Of a DNA stretch of 64,000 nucleotides, positions 42,430 to 56,760 are shown piece by piece. Position numbers and translations under genes: made by a program. The stretch is taken from the NCBI RefSeq assembly GCF_006345805.1, contig NC_043021.1, forward strand, positions 24,180,001-24,244,000. Direction: 5' to 3'. The notes below the pieces were generated by a model. That model did no database searches. It worked only from the letters and a program-made list of their open reading frames with translations, and was not told where the DNA came from. How positions within the stretch are numbered: position 1 is the first letter of the stretch; each line of letters opens with the position of its first letter. Source of the DNA: Octopus sinensis (taxonomy: Eukaryota).

Positions 42430-42925
42430 CCTATCTCTGTCTATCTATCTATCTGCTTACATTCACATGCATATACAATGTTTATAGTAATAAGGCAGTG
42501 ATTTCATGATTTATTCGTTACGTGCACGAAGAATATAAAATAAGAACAACTAGCAGTATACATACATATACATATGTGTGTGCATGCGTGTGTCTGTGGG
42601 AGAGGGTGTATGTGTGTGTGTAAGTGTGTGTGTGCATGTGTGTGTGTGTAAGTGTGTATGGAACTGAGACAGCACTTACAAACACAGTACCAATTAATCA
42701 GTAACTTCTATACCAACCGTGTGTAAATATTAAACATGATACAATGTATATAAATATTCATGTATATATGTATCACATATCCCTATGCACACGCAGGAAC
42801 TGCCCTTGTCTTGTATTGATGCTTGTCTCTGTGATGTCTGGTGCAATTTATATATTAAGGTATGAAAAGGAAAAGAGAAAGACCTACAGTCGCATTTGTT
42901 TGTTTTTATCTTTGTGATTAACGTG

Positions 42926-42979
<54 letters not shown>

Positions 42980-43109
42980 CCGTGTACATGAGCACATACG
43001 CTCATAGATGTATACAACAGCTCGTGCAGGTGCGTGTATGTGCATATTTCTTCGTTTATATTTATGTGAAGTGACTATCCCTCCACTCTGTACATATATA
43101 TATATATAT

Positions 43110-43680
43110 ATAATTAATATAGGATAAAATTTTTTTCGGGAAAAATTTTTTATCAATGGCCAGCATATCAAAAAATGCCTTTAAAGGTAAAATTTATACA
43201 TAATTTACAAGATAAGGGCAGAAGAAAAATTCTAATGCCAAATATGCCGAAACAAAAATGTTGTCGATAACCATTAAAATGTATGCGTCTCGAAACAAAC
43301 CGATAGAAATCTCAAAAAATTCGTTATTAAACTTTAATTTTAGTGAGAAAATCAACACTGGAGTATTGTGCTTCGTTCAAATATAATTAATCAGAAGCAA
43401 CATATAATTACGCCTGCACTTGTGAAAAACAAATATGTCACTCAACACGTGTTATGACTGACAGACTATTCTCCACATTTCAGCATCTATCATGCGCTTA
43501 GAATTCTAAGTAAGGGAAATGTAGTAATATGTATCTGATAGATTAGCAGAAATATATATCTTCTATACAGACGTAGGAGAAATATGTATCTTCTATACAG
43601 GCGTAGGAGAAATATGTATAAATTTTAATGGCATATTTGGCATTAGAATTTTTCTTCTGCCCTTATCTTGTAAATTATAT
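43110..43680. mobile_element. (TA)n-flanked element with ~50-bp inverted repeat enclosing a ~290-bp copy of 44922-45230
   Basis: 43200-43248 inverted at 43630-43678; 43329-43620 duplicates 44922-45230. Confidence 0.7.
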
Positions 43681-45223
43681 ATATATATATACGTTTATAT
43701 ATTTGTTTTGCAAGAATTTTTATGTGAAGTCGTGTATTGAAACAGATATTATTATATTTCGGAATGTCATTTTGCCAGTTTAGCTAATAAAAACACACGC
43801 ACTATATATACCAATATGTAAATGCATATATGTGTGTATATCTATATTTATATATACATATATATGTATATAGATGTGTTCACACATTCATCACACACAT
43901 ATTCAAGTGCATTTATATGAAAGTGTGTGTGTGTGTGTGTGTGTGTGTTTAATTCAACTTCTTTCACCCAGGGAATGTTGGGACACGGCTTTTTTCGACG
44001 ACCCGACAATGCGACAGGTTGTACTGGATTGCATGTTACCAATAGCACTGAAGAGCGACCTGACATCGCAAACATCCATATATAGATACACTCGCAAGAT
44101 TATGTATGTATGACATTGTTCAGTTTTATTTCACGACTTTTTGCCAACAGAGAAAAACCCCGCATGTATGTATGTATGTATGTATGTATGTGTGTATGTA
44201 TGTATGTATGTATGTATGTATGTATGTATGTATGTATGCATCACGTATGAATGTATGCCTGCATGCATTCTTTTGTTTTTAATTATCTAAATTCTTCTAA
44301 GAAAGGAGTTCGTTTCTAACAAATATGCAATCCTTAATCTTTGGATAACAAAAACAATGTCACTTTTTAAACTTGTAAAGAGTCTTGCATATTTTTAGTG
44401 CTCCACTTACAGATTATATTTATAATCTGTAACCAATTAGGCGGTTGATTTCTTTTCTTGAAAATCCTAGATAATCCAGATTGTCAGATATTTACTCATA
44501 AAACAAGTGCACTAATTATTATTGGTATAAATGGGAATTATATGGATACAGGCAGTTGTCCATAGTTATCCTATTTCTCTTTAATTTTTGTATGAATGCA
44601 TGTGTGTGTGTCTTATTACAATTTTTTAATGATTTTTAAGTTTCATGCTAAATAGAATATTTTCAGCTGGATGCGATATGAAAAGTGGCTTAACATGAAA
44701 CTGTTACTTTCGTTTAGAATCCTTTACACTTGACAGCATGTTGTCAAGTTGCGTTTAGGCATGTGCATAAAGAAACGTCACTTGAAGAGGCTGTGTCGAG
44801 TATTTTGCAGGTCAGATAGTTGTATCACATTATATTTTGTGCGATTTATTATTTCCAGCTGGTCGAAAAAGCGTAGGTAAGTTAGTGTGTGAAGTGAAAA
44901 TCTTAAATGTCAAGCTTTCTTAAACTTTAATTTTAGTGAGAAAATCAACACTGGTGTATCGTGCTTCGTTCAAATATAATTAATCAGAAGCAACATATAA
45001 TTACGCCTGCACTTGCTGAAAAACAAATATGTCACTCAACACGTGTTATGACTGACAGACTAATCTTCAAAATTACAGCTTAGGACGAGATATTCTCCAC
45101 ATTTCAGCATCTATCATGCTCTTGGAATTCTAAGTAAGGGAAATGTAGTAATATGTATCTGATAGATTAGCAGAAATATATATCTTCTATACAGACGTAG
45201 GAGAAATATGTATCTTCTATACA

Positions 45224-45648
45224 GGCGCAGGAGTGGCTGTGTGGTAAGTAGCTTGCATACGAACCACATGGTTCCGGGTTCAGTCCCACTGCGTGGCACC
45301 TTGGGCAAGTATCTTCTGCTATAGCCTCGGGCCGAACAAAGCCTTGTGAGTGGATTTGGTACACGGAAACTGAAAGAAGCCCGCCGTATATATGTATATA
45401 TATATATATGTATGTATGTGTGTATGTCTGTGTGTCTGTGCTTGTCCCCCCCCCCAACATCGCTTGACAACCGATGCTGGTGTGTTTACGTCTCCCTAAC
45501 TTAGCGGTTCGGCAAAAGAGACCGATAGAATAAGTACTAGGATTACAACAGAATAAGTCCTGGGGTCGATTCGTTCGACTAAAGGCGGTGCTCCAGCATG
45601 GCCACAGTCAAATGAGTGAAACAAGTAAAAGAGTAAAAGAGTAAAAGA
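45224..45648 (+). mobile_element. SINE family 1
   Basis: Homology to 247-670. Confidence 0.9.
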
Positions 45649-46020
45649 ATGTACTACAAATTTTAGAAGTGAAACCAATTACAAATATTCATATCTCTAC
45701 GCAGAAACGAGCGCGAGCACTTACATATACATTCCTGTAAACAGTCTCTGTTTTTTCATAAAATAATAGATCCAAACATAAATCTTGGCTTATAAATATT
45801 CAAAAGAAACATTTAGAAAATGGATATGTCGCATTAATATAGTTAAATATTTATTAGTTAGGTAGCTGTCAGGAGGAGGGGGGTTATTAGTAGTGTAGCT
45901 ATGGGATTAAAGGGGTACGTAGAAGTGATCTAGTGAGAGAGATAAAGAAATATTACTATTGAAGTGAACAAAGTAGTTAATTAAAATTTTGAAGGTACTT
46001 ATATGTCTATGTGGATATAT

Positions 46021-46580
46021 GTCAGGTCACTTTCGAGTATTACTGGTAACATGTAACCCAGTACAACCTGTTGCATAGTCGGGTCGTCGGCGACTAAACC
46101 GGCAACCCCACTAAGCTTGCTTGGTGAGGGGGATGTTCATTGGACACCCTCCGGGATGAAAAACAAAACCCGTCAAAGGGCGGAGGAACTCTTGAGAGTC
46201 AACGGCCATCCAATAAATGTCTTAAAGCTGTATCATGCGCGGGGACATAGAAATAATCGGACTGAATACCCGATCGCGCGGTTAAACCATTGGGAGTGAA
46301 GGACTCCTAGCCTTTGTTAGGGCATCCTTCTAGGAGAAGGTAACTCAGGTAACTGGGATAACTCCGACATAAAACCTGCGGCTCAGTGGTCACCGATGAT
46401 GTTGACTTGTTCTTCTTTTCGGATTATGGCTGCTGCTGCTGCTTAGTGAGTGGGATTGACTCAGTGCACAGCCTTTCCACACTTAAAAAAATCTTCTTGC
46501 ACAGGCATTGCACGATAGCAACATTGATTAAGCCTCGTGCAATGGCCATACTCGATAACGAGGGGGCAGCCACCATGTGA
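46021..46580 (+). mobile_element. RTE-type 5' UTR / non-autonomous element (related 5' piece inverted at ~43990-44070)
   Basis: GGGCATCCTTCTAGGAGAAGGTAACTC and GAGAGTCAACGGCCATCC resemble RTE 5' UTR blocks as recalled; the first ~70 nt are homologous to the reverse complement of 43995-44067. Confidence 0.55.
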
Positions 46581-47329
46581 ATATAGGAAATGCTTTTCTT
46601 GTTTCAAGGATTCAATAGGGTAATCCAGGACGAAATATTATAAATTATGGTTTATAATCATTAAAAATGAAATTAAGAAAAAGGAGATATAGTAATTTCT
46701 ATTTAAGGGACCAGAATATTTGGTTAACATTTGGGAGATACTGATATTTCTGCGTTAATATATGATATGCAAATTAACGATTCGATGGGTTATTTCTGGA
46801 AGAAAGAGTAACTTAAACTATTGTTATCTAAATATAAAATATTTATAGTGTTAACTTCATAAAAAGGTGTTCATAAGTAATTATATCACATTTAAGGTAA
46901 AATTCAATAATAGTAGTAGGGATAGGGGTTGGGGGTGCAACTGTAGTAGTGAGAGAGATAATAAACTCATTTCAATTTGGAAAATACATATTTTCCAGCG
47001 TGAACACAAGAGTACTCTTCTCATCTCTAAGGTTAAGTAGGGTATTTTTTTTATTATAGACTTTATAAAATGGTGCAGAAACAATAATATCTCATTTAAG
47101 ATCAAAATATCATTATCTTTTAATTGCCAGATAAATTTACTTAATCCAGTAGAATTAGATTTCTATCTATACCTAAAAGTATACAAGTGATTCGTGACGT
47201 GTTTTTTAATCGCATTCTGTAATTTTCTTTTCTATATACACCAAGCTGTAGTATTCGTCTCGAGAAGGTGTACAAAGCATGGAAGTGTATCATAGCAGAC
47301 GAAAAGAGTTTATTAGCTGTGATAGAATT

Positions 47330-47510
47330 TCGAAATCCGGATTTCCGCATCTTTGTGGCTCATCAGTTGTAGTCTATTACCAACCGGATGCTTAGACAAA
47401 TTTCTAAAACAGACAAATCTCTGTATCATTAGAAGCTACATTGCCAATGCATGCAGTTGATAGTAGATACTTGCAACTGATGACGTTTAAACGCACAGAA
47501 ATCCAGATTT
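47330..47510. other. Two decayed hammerhead-like cores in opposite orientation
   Basis: Minus 47330-47372 CAA-CTGATGA-GCC...GCG-GAAA-TCCGGA-TT; plus 47474-47510 CAA-CTGATGA-CGTTTAAACG-CACA-GAAA-TCCAGA-TT; helix I is lost. Confidence 0.45.
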
Positions 47511-47980
47511 AACAATTCCATCCCCGTTGCTGGAATCTTTTTATCTGCTACTGAAATTTGTCTGTGCTTTTAACACTAAATATCTATACGAGACGCTTTC
47601 TCAAGATGAATACTGCAGTTCTGTGTCTCTCTGCAGAAAATATACAGAATGCTCTTCTGAACCGAAACAATTTCCGACGCTAATATCGGACACACACATA
47701 CACTCACACACATCTACATACATGCATACATACATATATATATGTGTGTGAATACAGTGATTCCTACAACCATATGTAAATATGTGTGTGTGAGTATGGA
47801 CGAAGTATAGTGTGGGTGAAATTAGAAAACATTTATTAGATAAACAACTGTATAATTTGTATATACATATACATAACATTATCTATCTAGCTTCATTGAT
47901 ATACTATAAGCATATATGCACATGTATTCTTATATATATGTATATGTAAAAAAACACAAACTGGGACAAGAACGCAAAAC

Positions 47981-48022
<42 letters not shown>

Positions 48023-48199
48023 CTATTTCAGAAATCCAGAGATCAATTCAAAAGTATAATATATTTCTATTGGAAATAATGTCAAAATCCAGTTCGAAAG
48101 CGCACTGAATAAAGGAGCTGGAGGAAATATCTTCTTGGGGTTAAAACAGCAGAGTCGCCGTCTCTTAAAGAACACCCAGGTTAAAGTGGCGATAAACAC

Positions 48200-49735
48200 T
48201 ACCTCTAAAATTGTTTGAGAAATGAAGCAAGTATATAATTTTGTTCGCTGCCCTAACCCCATAAAAACTCTTTCTTTTGAGATCTAACAAACGTATTTCA
48301 TTTGTGCAGCCAAAGAAGAACCCTCCTTAAAAAAATTGTTGAATGACGAACAAAGTTTAAAAAAAGTAAATTCTCCTTTCTGAACTCCACTTTCGTTGTT
48401 CTATGTATTTGATGTCGCTGGGTTGTCGTCGATCCACATCAAATTAATGGTTGATTGACCACAAGTGATGGCCGATTGACCATGAATAAGACATATGAAA
48501 ATATAATCACTGTAATTAGAGAGAATATACTGTAGGTGGTCGTTACAGTTCTGTTGCCAGGATGTTTTATTTCAGCCATTTACATCACTCCCCAACGACA
48601 ACTAAACACGCAAGTTTTGCTGGCCAGAGAAAGAGAATTTTACACAATGATCACAAATTTTTATTCAATATTCTGTTTGATATTTAATGTTTAAAAAAAA
48701 AGTTGTTATTCTTTATGTTGCCAAGTTAAACGCCGTCGTTTTTCTAAGATTATTTTCTCTCTTATTCAACTTGACTTCTAACACCCCTTTCTTCACTTCT
48801 CTGAGAGAATAAAGAAGGTCACACACAGACACATCAAAGCATGGCAACGTTTATTCATTTCTTAAATCTCTTTTGAACTTTCGAAATATTAACTCAAATC
48901 ACTGAAAAAAGTTGTTTTTTTCTCAAAAACAAAAAATGTCTTTAAAGAGAAATAATTAATTATAAATTATGACAGTCCAACGTCGAAATGATCTAATTTG
49001 CAAACTTTGAACATGAATATATTAGACATTTTCCAATTAATTTATATAAAGAAAACAAGCTCAACTGAATTTGCTGAGTTAATAAGTTATTTTGTTACTC
49101 ATACTTGTGATTTAGATTATAAAATAGTTTTTAATGTTAAAGTTTATGATGGTTTAAATAATCTACAGTCAGAACATGAATGTTCCGAAAGACACAAAAT
49201 CCCTTTTTCATTTTAAAATGTTTGCGAATGTTTACAACTCGATGCCCGTCAAAAAACAGCAGCAGAAATAACTTAAAAGAAAATGCTGCGAAGATTGATG
49301 TATTTATTGATTAGGCCACCAGGAATTATCCTGATGTGTCATTTTTGATCAGAAGAATCCAATAATCATGGAAAGTATAAAGAACTTTAATATTTAATAA
49401 GTAAATATGATGGAAAATTAGCAAGGTATCTAAATATAACTTCTATTTTATCAGATCCCTCAAACAGAATTCAAAATGGCTTGATTGATGCAGTCCAGAA
49501 GGTAATGTTGAATGAAATAGAAAAATGAATTTAATCAAGCAAACTTTGTTATTATTCTTACGTATCGGACTTGTCATAACTGTCAACTGCGGCTCAATAG
49601 AGATTTATCAGTTTTAACTATATTAGTACAGACCTTTCAGCAAATGAGTTATCTGAATATAATTTTAGGAATCTAGAAAGTATGAACATTAATTGCACAA
49701 AACTATGATGGTGCCGCTACAATGGCAGAACAACC
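48200..49735 (+). pseudogene. hAT-superfamily transposase relic (ZMYM1/DUF4371-like)
   Basis: NNHGKYKEL near 49361 and NYDGAATMA near 49701 (Q.YDGA..M motif); heavily decayed, ends uncertain. Confidence 0.6.
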
Positions 49736-49883
49736 CTTTTGATCCGAACTTGCTTGTCATTTGCCTGACCTTAACCGGGTGAGCATATCCTTTAGTGGCT
49801 GACGGCATGTGCATTCCTGATCACGCGCAGAAGTAATGGGGAAGCCTCATAGCCATGTGTTGAAAGACATTCTTTTTTTTGAC

Positions 49884-51430
49884 ATGGCAGAGAAGGAACT
49901 TAAAAAGAAAAACTCTGTCTTAGGGTAGGAAATTAACCCCCTAAGCAGTGGTTAAAAGATAAGGAGGAGAAGACGATGGTACTTAGAACTTATTCTAAAG
50001 TTCTTAATTCCATCACCGTCTTCCCAAAACAAGTCATAAAAAATGAACTTAAAGAATATTTGTCCTCTTTAAAATATATATCCCGTGGTGTCAAACATGC
50101 AACCGTATGGTTTCTGTTTGACAATGGGGAAAAGCTCGCTAGTTTGCGAGTCAGCCTTTAGAAGGCAAGGAAATTCTGTTCCTTCTGTCATATTGTGGAA
50201 GAAAATTAATACGAGCCTGAGTATGTGGGTTACCCCCAGGCACCGAAGCGGATTGGATTAAAGATGCCATCCGACGGGGACTGGGGGGGGGATGGCAGGC
50301 CCAGGCTCTTAAATGTAAGGGTATTGCCGGCGGTCGATTGGCAAGGGTCAAAAGCGATTTTGACCCTGTGGACCCCATCGGCCGCAACAGATCTGGTTTT
50401 TCCAGATTTCTTGAAAATGGCTGGCTGCAGGTATACGGAGATACTTGAGGGACGTCCCCCCAAGTGTCACTCGTGCCTGCAGCCAGGCCACATTAAAAGG
50501 AGCTGCCCCCAGGACCATGGTAAGGTCCTGGAACAGTCACTAGATGCCACTTCCCCTACCCGGTCGAAGGGAGAGATGGATGTGGTCGAGGTGGTTTCAG
50601 TCTCCTCAACTCAAAAAGGATTAAAAAGGAAGGCGAGCAACAAAAGTTGCCCGCCGAATGAACCTAAGGCTTCGGGAGGCGGGGGAGAGTCTCCGGACAA
50701 AGCGGAAGAGCTCCACTCTCTCGAAGTCAGGAAGAAAAGAAATAAAAAGAAGGAAGAAGAACAGCGGGGAGATGATGTGCCGTCTGCATGTCCCGAAGTT
50801 GTGCCACCCACGGTGGAAGAAACCACCCCACCCTTAAAGATGATCAATTAATTATCTTTTTCTATAAGGGCTGAGAGGTGGAAAAAACAGTAGAAGAACA
50901 TAAAGAGACAGTAGATATGTCCTTCACACGGGATCCCGAATGTCCTCCGCAGATAGCTGTGGAGGTCATAAGGTTTCCCTTGTGGGACAGGCTTAAAGGA
51001 TTTGGGGAGGAGTGTCGCGTATGGCCGGGTGACCCTTACACGACTTACATGTCCTACATGACTGAGACATGGGAAATGGCGGGGTACATGAACTCAAGCG
51101 GCATTGAAGATAATGATGAATATATCGATGGATATATCGAAGAGTAGGGGGTGAAAGACCCTCGTTATAGAGTTTGAAACCTCATATTATTGTATTATTT
51201 ATAGTGGTTTATAACCTCAATTGTGTGTTTTTTTTTTAAAAAAACAGGTTAAGTAAGAGGTTTTAGTGCCTCCTTGTAAGAGGTTTGAAATCTCATATTG
51301 ATTTCAAAAAAAAAGAAAATGTTTTCGAGAAAAATCCAATCGGTGGGAGTTGGGTCTCGTCTCTCATTTATTCATTTTATTTCATTTTCATGAGTTTGTC
51401 CAGCCCGCAAAGCTACCTAATCTTTGTACT
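49884..51430 (+). mobile_element. L1/Tx1-type ORF1 (gag-like, CCHC knuckle) element with no ORF2
   Basis: MAEKELKRK...VCGLPP...EGRPPKCHSCLQPGHIKRSCP (CX2CX4HX4C); frameshifted; GC-richer than flanks; followed directly by an AT-rich 3' UTR. Confidence 0.7.
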
Positions 51431-51456
51431 GTCTATATGACAAATTTTATGAAATA

Positions 51457-51629
51457 AAGTAGCTTGCTTACGAACCACATGGTTCCGGGTTCATTCCCAC
51501 TACGTGACACCTTGGTCAAGTGTCTTCTACTATAGCCTCGGGCCGACCAAAGCCTTGTGAGTGGATTTGGTAGACGGAAACTGAAAGAAGCCCGTCGTAT
51601 ATATATATATATAGATAGATAGATATGTG

Positions 51630-51667
<38 letters not shown>

Positions 51668-51920
51668 TGTGTATGTATGTGTGTGTGTATGTATGTGTGT
51701 GTGTGTTTGTGTGTCTGTGTTTGCCCCCTTAGCATTGCTTGACAACCGATGCTGGTGTGTTTACGTCCTCGTAACTTAATGGTTCTGCAAAAGAGCGACC
51801 GATAGAATAAGTACTAGGCTTACAAAGAATAAGTCCTGGGGTCGATTTGCTCGACTAAAGGCGGTGCTCCAGCATGGCCAGAGTCAAATGACTGAAACAA
51901 GTAAAAGAGTAAAAGAGTAA
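51457..51920 (+). mobile_element. SINE family 1 (5' truncated)
   Basis: Homology to 247-670. Confidence 0.9.
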
Positions 51921-52408
51921 TTATATTTATACAATATTATACACAGAAAATGTAAATATCAAACCAGTCTTCTCGTTTAATACAGCATTAGACTGTGTTC
52001 TGCTTAGTCTAAATATGTAAACAGACAATAAATGGTCGCTAAGAATATCGAAATATCTGCTTTAATACATTTATAGGAAATCTATTGGGAAACGAAACGA
52101 AATGTCTACATGGTGCCCCAGTATGGCCACAGCTCGTGAGCTGAAACTAGAATCAATCATGCCCTCACACAAATACACACAAACTTATTTTACTGTCTAA
52201 AAAGAATCTCCGAAGAAACATATCAAAATATAATTATAGACAAAGGAATAAGTACTCAACGTTAAAAGAAACGCTGGTATAGCAATTTTCCAAAATAGTC
52301 TACAGAGAATACACTCTTTAAATAGAACCAGCGCCACAGACCCGTCACCAAAGACGCCTGCAAGTTTAGGATTTACACTTGTATATTATGTGTTTGTTGA
52401 GTGCGTGT

Positions 52409-52450
<42 letters not shown>

Positions 52451-52754
52451 TATATAATATATATATATATAATATATATATATATATTATATATATATAT
52501 ATATAATATATATATATATATACACATATATATACATATACTATACATATAAATTTGGATTCATATTATTTAGAATTCCAACTATTTAGATTCATACAGT
52601 TTAATTTTAGAAAAAAGAATTCAATTTTAAGTTTGCAGTGAAGTTTTTTTTTAGTCATCTATGAATGTTAAATTGAAAGCTAGTATGGTATATTCCTTCT
52701 TATTTGGTTATAAAGAATTAAAATTTGAAAAGTTTAGGAATATTCACAAAATTA

Positions 52755-53285
52755 TTATTTAAAGTATTTAAACGTTCGGGTTGTACGATGTATACAAGAT
52801 TCTCCCAGCTCCAAACGGTTATTTAACAGATTTGTATTACTCTGATGTTTCAAAATTTCATGAGTTTCCATAGAAAAAAGTTGACTATTTCTATAAGGTT
52901 GCGCCCTTCTTATTATATCCCATTTTAGGTTGAATTCTATATTATTTGTTTTTAGTTCCCAAATTTTGCTAGATAATGTTGTGCAACCTGCCTTATGTTT
53001 GAGCCTAAAAGAAGAAAATGATTGTTAAGACGTTTTTTAAAATCTACCGAACAACCGAAATAAAGAAAGCTATTGTTAGAAGCTATTATCGTGCATTTAT
53101 AAATCACGTTGTGGACGGAACAACGACCAGATACCGGACATTTTGATCTAATCCTACAATTACAACTGGGGAGATAGTGTCCGGTACTGGAATTATTTAA
53201 GGACAGTTCACTTTCATTACTGTTATTTAAATTATAATTAGTATCATCATCATTATTAATATTATTTTTATTATTACCATTATTA

Positions 53286-53332
<47 letters not shown>

Positions 53333-54047
53333 GCTCTTTTTACAATTATTATTACTATCATTGTTGTTACTATTCATTCTACTCCTGGCTAACTTAATGT
53401 TTTTACTATTAAGTCTAGCTATTATTTTACTATTAAGTCTAGCTTGGGAGAGTGGAATATGAAATTCTCACTGATCTCTTAGAACTTATTTTATGATATT
53501 TATGGGAGGCTGGGAAATTTTTTTCCAGTATAGACCTAAATCTACTGTACACATTCGTCGAGATCGTACATTTAAAGGGGTTATTTAGCCAAATGACATT
53601 TTCTCTTTTATATTTTTTGTTTAAGTAAGAGTGGGAAGGATTAGTGCAATCAGTATTCATACGAGAATTATTATTCCTTTTCGTATTATTTTGATGCCTG
53701 TTGGGTTTATCTAGGTTAGCATTTTCATATTTATTTATGACCTGTTTACTATTTCTATTCTTATAATTAGGTTTATACACTAGGTTCTTTTCCTCTGTTG
53801 ATTTATGTTTATGTAGGGTATGAGAGTCTATATTATTTAAGTCATTTACATTCACTACATTATTTAGGAGATTTAAGCTATCAATATCTAGGAAGGTGAT
53901 TTCCTGGTCATATCCAGCACTTGACATTGACCTAGTTCTCCTAACGCTGAATCTGTTCATCAAATAGTAGTATTTGATTATAATCACCCCGTGGATTTTG
54001 ATGGATAACACCATACAGAATTCTGGTGCATCTAAATTGAGTACCAT
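52755..54047 (-). pseudogene. Penelope-type GIY-YIG endonuclease ORF with Asn-rich inserts and no RT domain
   Basis: SAGYDQEITF...KRENVIWLNNPF...NFPASHKYHKI...RISYSTLP; CNCRIRSKCPVSGRC...NVIYKC...YFGCSVDFKKRLNNH; TTLSSKIWELK...LKWDIIRRAQPY...LLNNRLEL...CIHR; broken by a short duplication at ~53400-53443 and by frameshifts. Confidence 0.85.
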
Positions 54048-54077
54048 ATTAATTTGAATCTAAATTTTTGCTGAACT

Positions 54078-54521
<444 letters not shown>

Positions 54522-54544
54522 CATATACATACATACACGTATGT

Positions 54545-55203
54545 ATGTATATTTATATATATCACCTTGATCACCTTGACCGACCAGTCCGTCGGGCATC
54601 CATTTGACACCGTTGGTCACAGCACGCTGTCCACTCCTCTCTGGATCGCGCCTTTCTCCTCCACGTGATCCCAATCGTCCTCCTGAAATCGTAACTTCAC
54701 CGTCGTGGACGCCTTCCGGGTGGTCGTTTCCGCTCGCGCGGGTACCACTCGACAACTGCGCGGGTCCACCGATTATCGGTGAGCCGGGCAACGTGTTCAG
54801 CCCATCTATACTTGCTGCGTGTATACTCTGCGATGACATCTCTCACGCCGGACTTCTTACTGATGATCTTGCTACTTATGTGCTCTCTCAGCGAGATACC
54901 AAGCATTGACCTTTCCATGGCTCTTTGAGCCGTTACCAGTCTTTGCTCTTCTCTCTTTGTGGTAGCCCATGTTTCACTACCATACAACATTGCAGGTAGA
55001 ACTGTACTGTTGATGAGGTTAGCGCGGGTGGTCCTGTCTAACCTTCCCTTGAGCACATCCCTCATGCCATTAAACGCCTTCCATCCGGCCCTTACTCTCC
55101 ATGAGATCTCCTTTTCGCTATCTCGGCACATATTCACTTCCTGTCCCAGGTAGACATATTCCTTTACCTCATCTATTTCATCACTGCCGATCACCAAATG
55201 TAT

Positions 55204-55259
<56 letters not shown>

Positions 55260-55935
55260 CATATACATACATACACGTATGTATGTATATTTATATATAT
55301 CACCTTGATCACCTTGACCGACCAGTCCGTCGGGCATCCATTTGACACCGTTGGTCACAGCACGCTGTCCACTCCTCTCTGGATCGCGCCTTTCTCCTCC
55401 ACGTGATCCCAATCGTCCTCCTGAAATCGTAACTTCACCGTCGTGGACGCCTTCCGGGTGGTCGTTTCCGCTCGCGCGGGTACCACTCGACAACTGCGCG
55501 GGTCCACCGATTATCGGTGAGCCGGGCAACGTGTTCAGCCCATCTATACTTGCTGCGTGTATACTCTGCGATGACATCTCTCACGCCGGACTTCTTACTG
55601 ATGATCTTGCTACTTATGCGCTCTCTCAGCGAGATACCAAGCATTGACCTTTCCATGGCTCTTTGAGCCGTTACCAGTCTTTGCTCTTCTCTCTTGTGGT
55701 AGCCCATGTTTCACTACCATACAACATTGCAGGTAGAACTGTACTGTTGATGAGGTTAGCGCGGGTGGTCCTGTCTAACCTTCCCTTGAGCACATCCCTT
55801 ATGCCATTAAACGCCTTCCATCCGGCCCTTACTCTCCATGAGATCTCCTTTTCGCTATCTCGGCACATATTCACTTCCTGTCCCAGGTAGACATATTCCT
55901 TTACCTCATCTATTTCATCACTGCCGATCACCAAA
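54545..55935 (-). mobile_element. RTE LINE 3' fragment duplicated in tandem (period 738 bp)
   Basis: EVKEYVYLGQ...RAGWKAF...VLPAMLYGSETWA...RWAEHVARLTDNRWT...RPPGRR; two almost identical copies with their microsatellite flanks. Confidence 0.9.
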
Positions 55936-55955
55936 TGTATATATATATATATATT

Positions 55956-56006
<51 letters not shown>

Positions 56007-56390
56007 GTGTGTGTGTTATGTATAATTGTGTATGTGGGAGTGTACGGGAAGTAACTTTACGTATCTTTTTCCCTAGATAATAAAGGACTCCCGTTCAGCA
56101 TGATTGGGAAGTACTTTTAGGACTTCAATGATATATGAAATTGGCTGTGTGTTTCATTCGCTTGCTTCGCAATCACAACGGTTTGGAGTTGGGCCCCAAC
56201 AACTTAACACCTTGGGCAAATGTTTCCAACTAGAGTCGCTAGTTGTGCAATACTTTGTAAATATAATTGATGGAAGCTGCGTGTTCGCCAAAACTCTTCA
56301 ATGTGGTGCTACAGCATGGCCACAAACGGACGATTGAAACAAATACGAACGTTTATTTATTGAACAGTCTTGCTACTTTGTATCTTTTTA

Positions 56391-56760
56391 TGTGTGTGTG
56401 TGAGTGTGTGTATGCGTGTATGCGTGTGTGTGTGTGTGTGTGAGTGTGTGTGTGTGTGCGTGTGTGTGTGCGTGTGTGTGTGTATGCGTGTGTATGCGTG
56501 TGTGTGCGTGTGTGTGAGTGTGTGTGTGTGTGCGTGTGTGTGTGCATGTGTGTGTGAGTGTGTGTATGCGTGTGTGTGTGTGTGTGTGCGTGTGTGTGTG
56601 TGAGTGTGTGTATGCGTGTGTGTGCGTGTGTGGTGTGTGGTGGTGTTGTGTGGAGTGTGTGTATGCGTGTGTGTGTGTGTGTGAGTGTGTGTATGCGTGT
56701 GTGTGTGTGTGTGCGTACGTGTGTGCGTGTGTGTGTGCGTGTGTGTGTGTGTGTGTGTAT
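56391..56760. repeat. Compound (TG)n microsatellite
   Basis: Direct reading. Confidence 0.95.
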
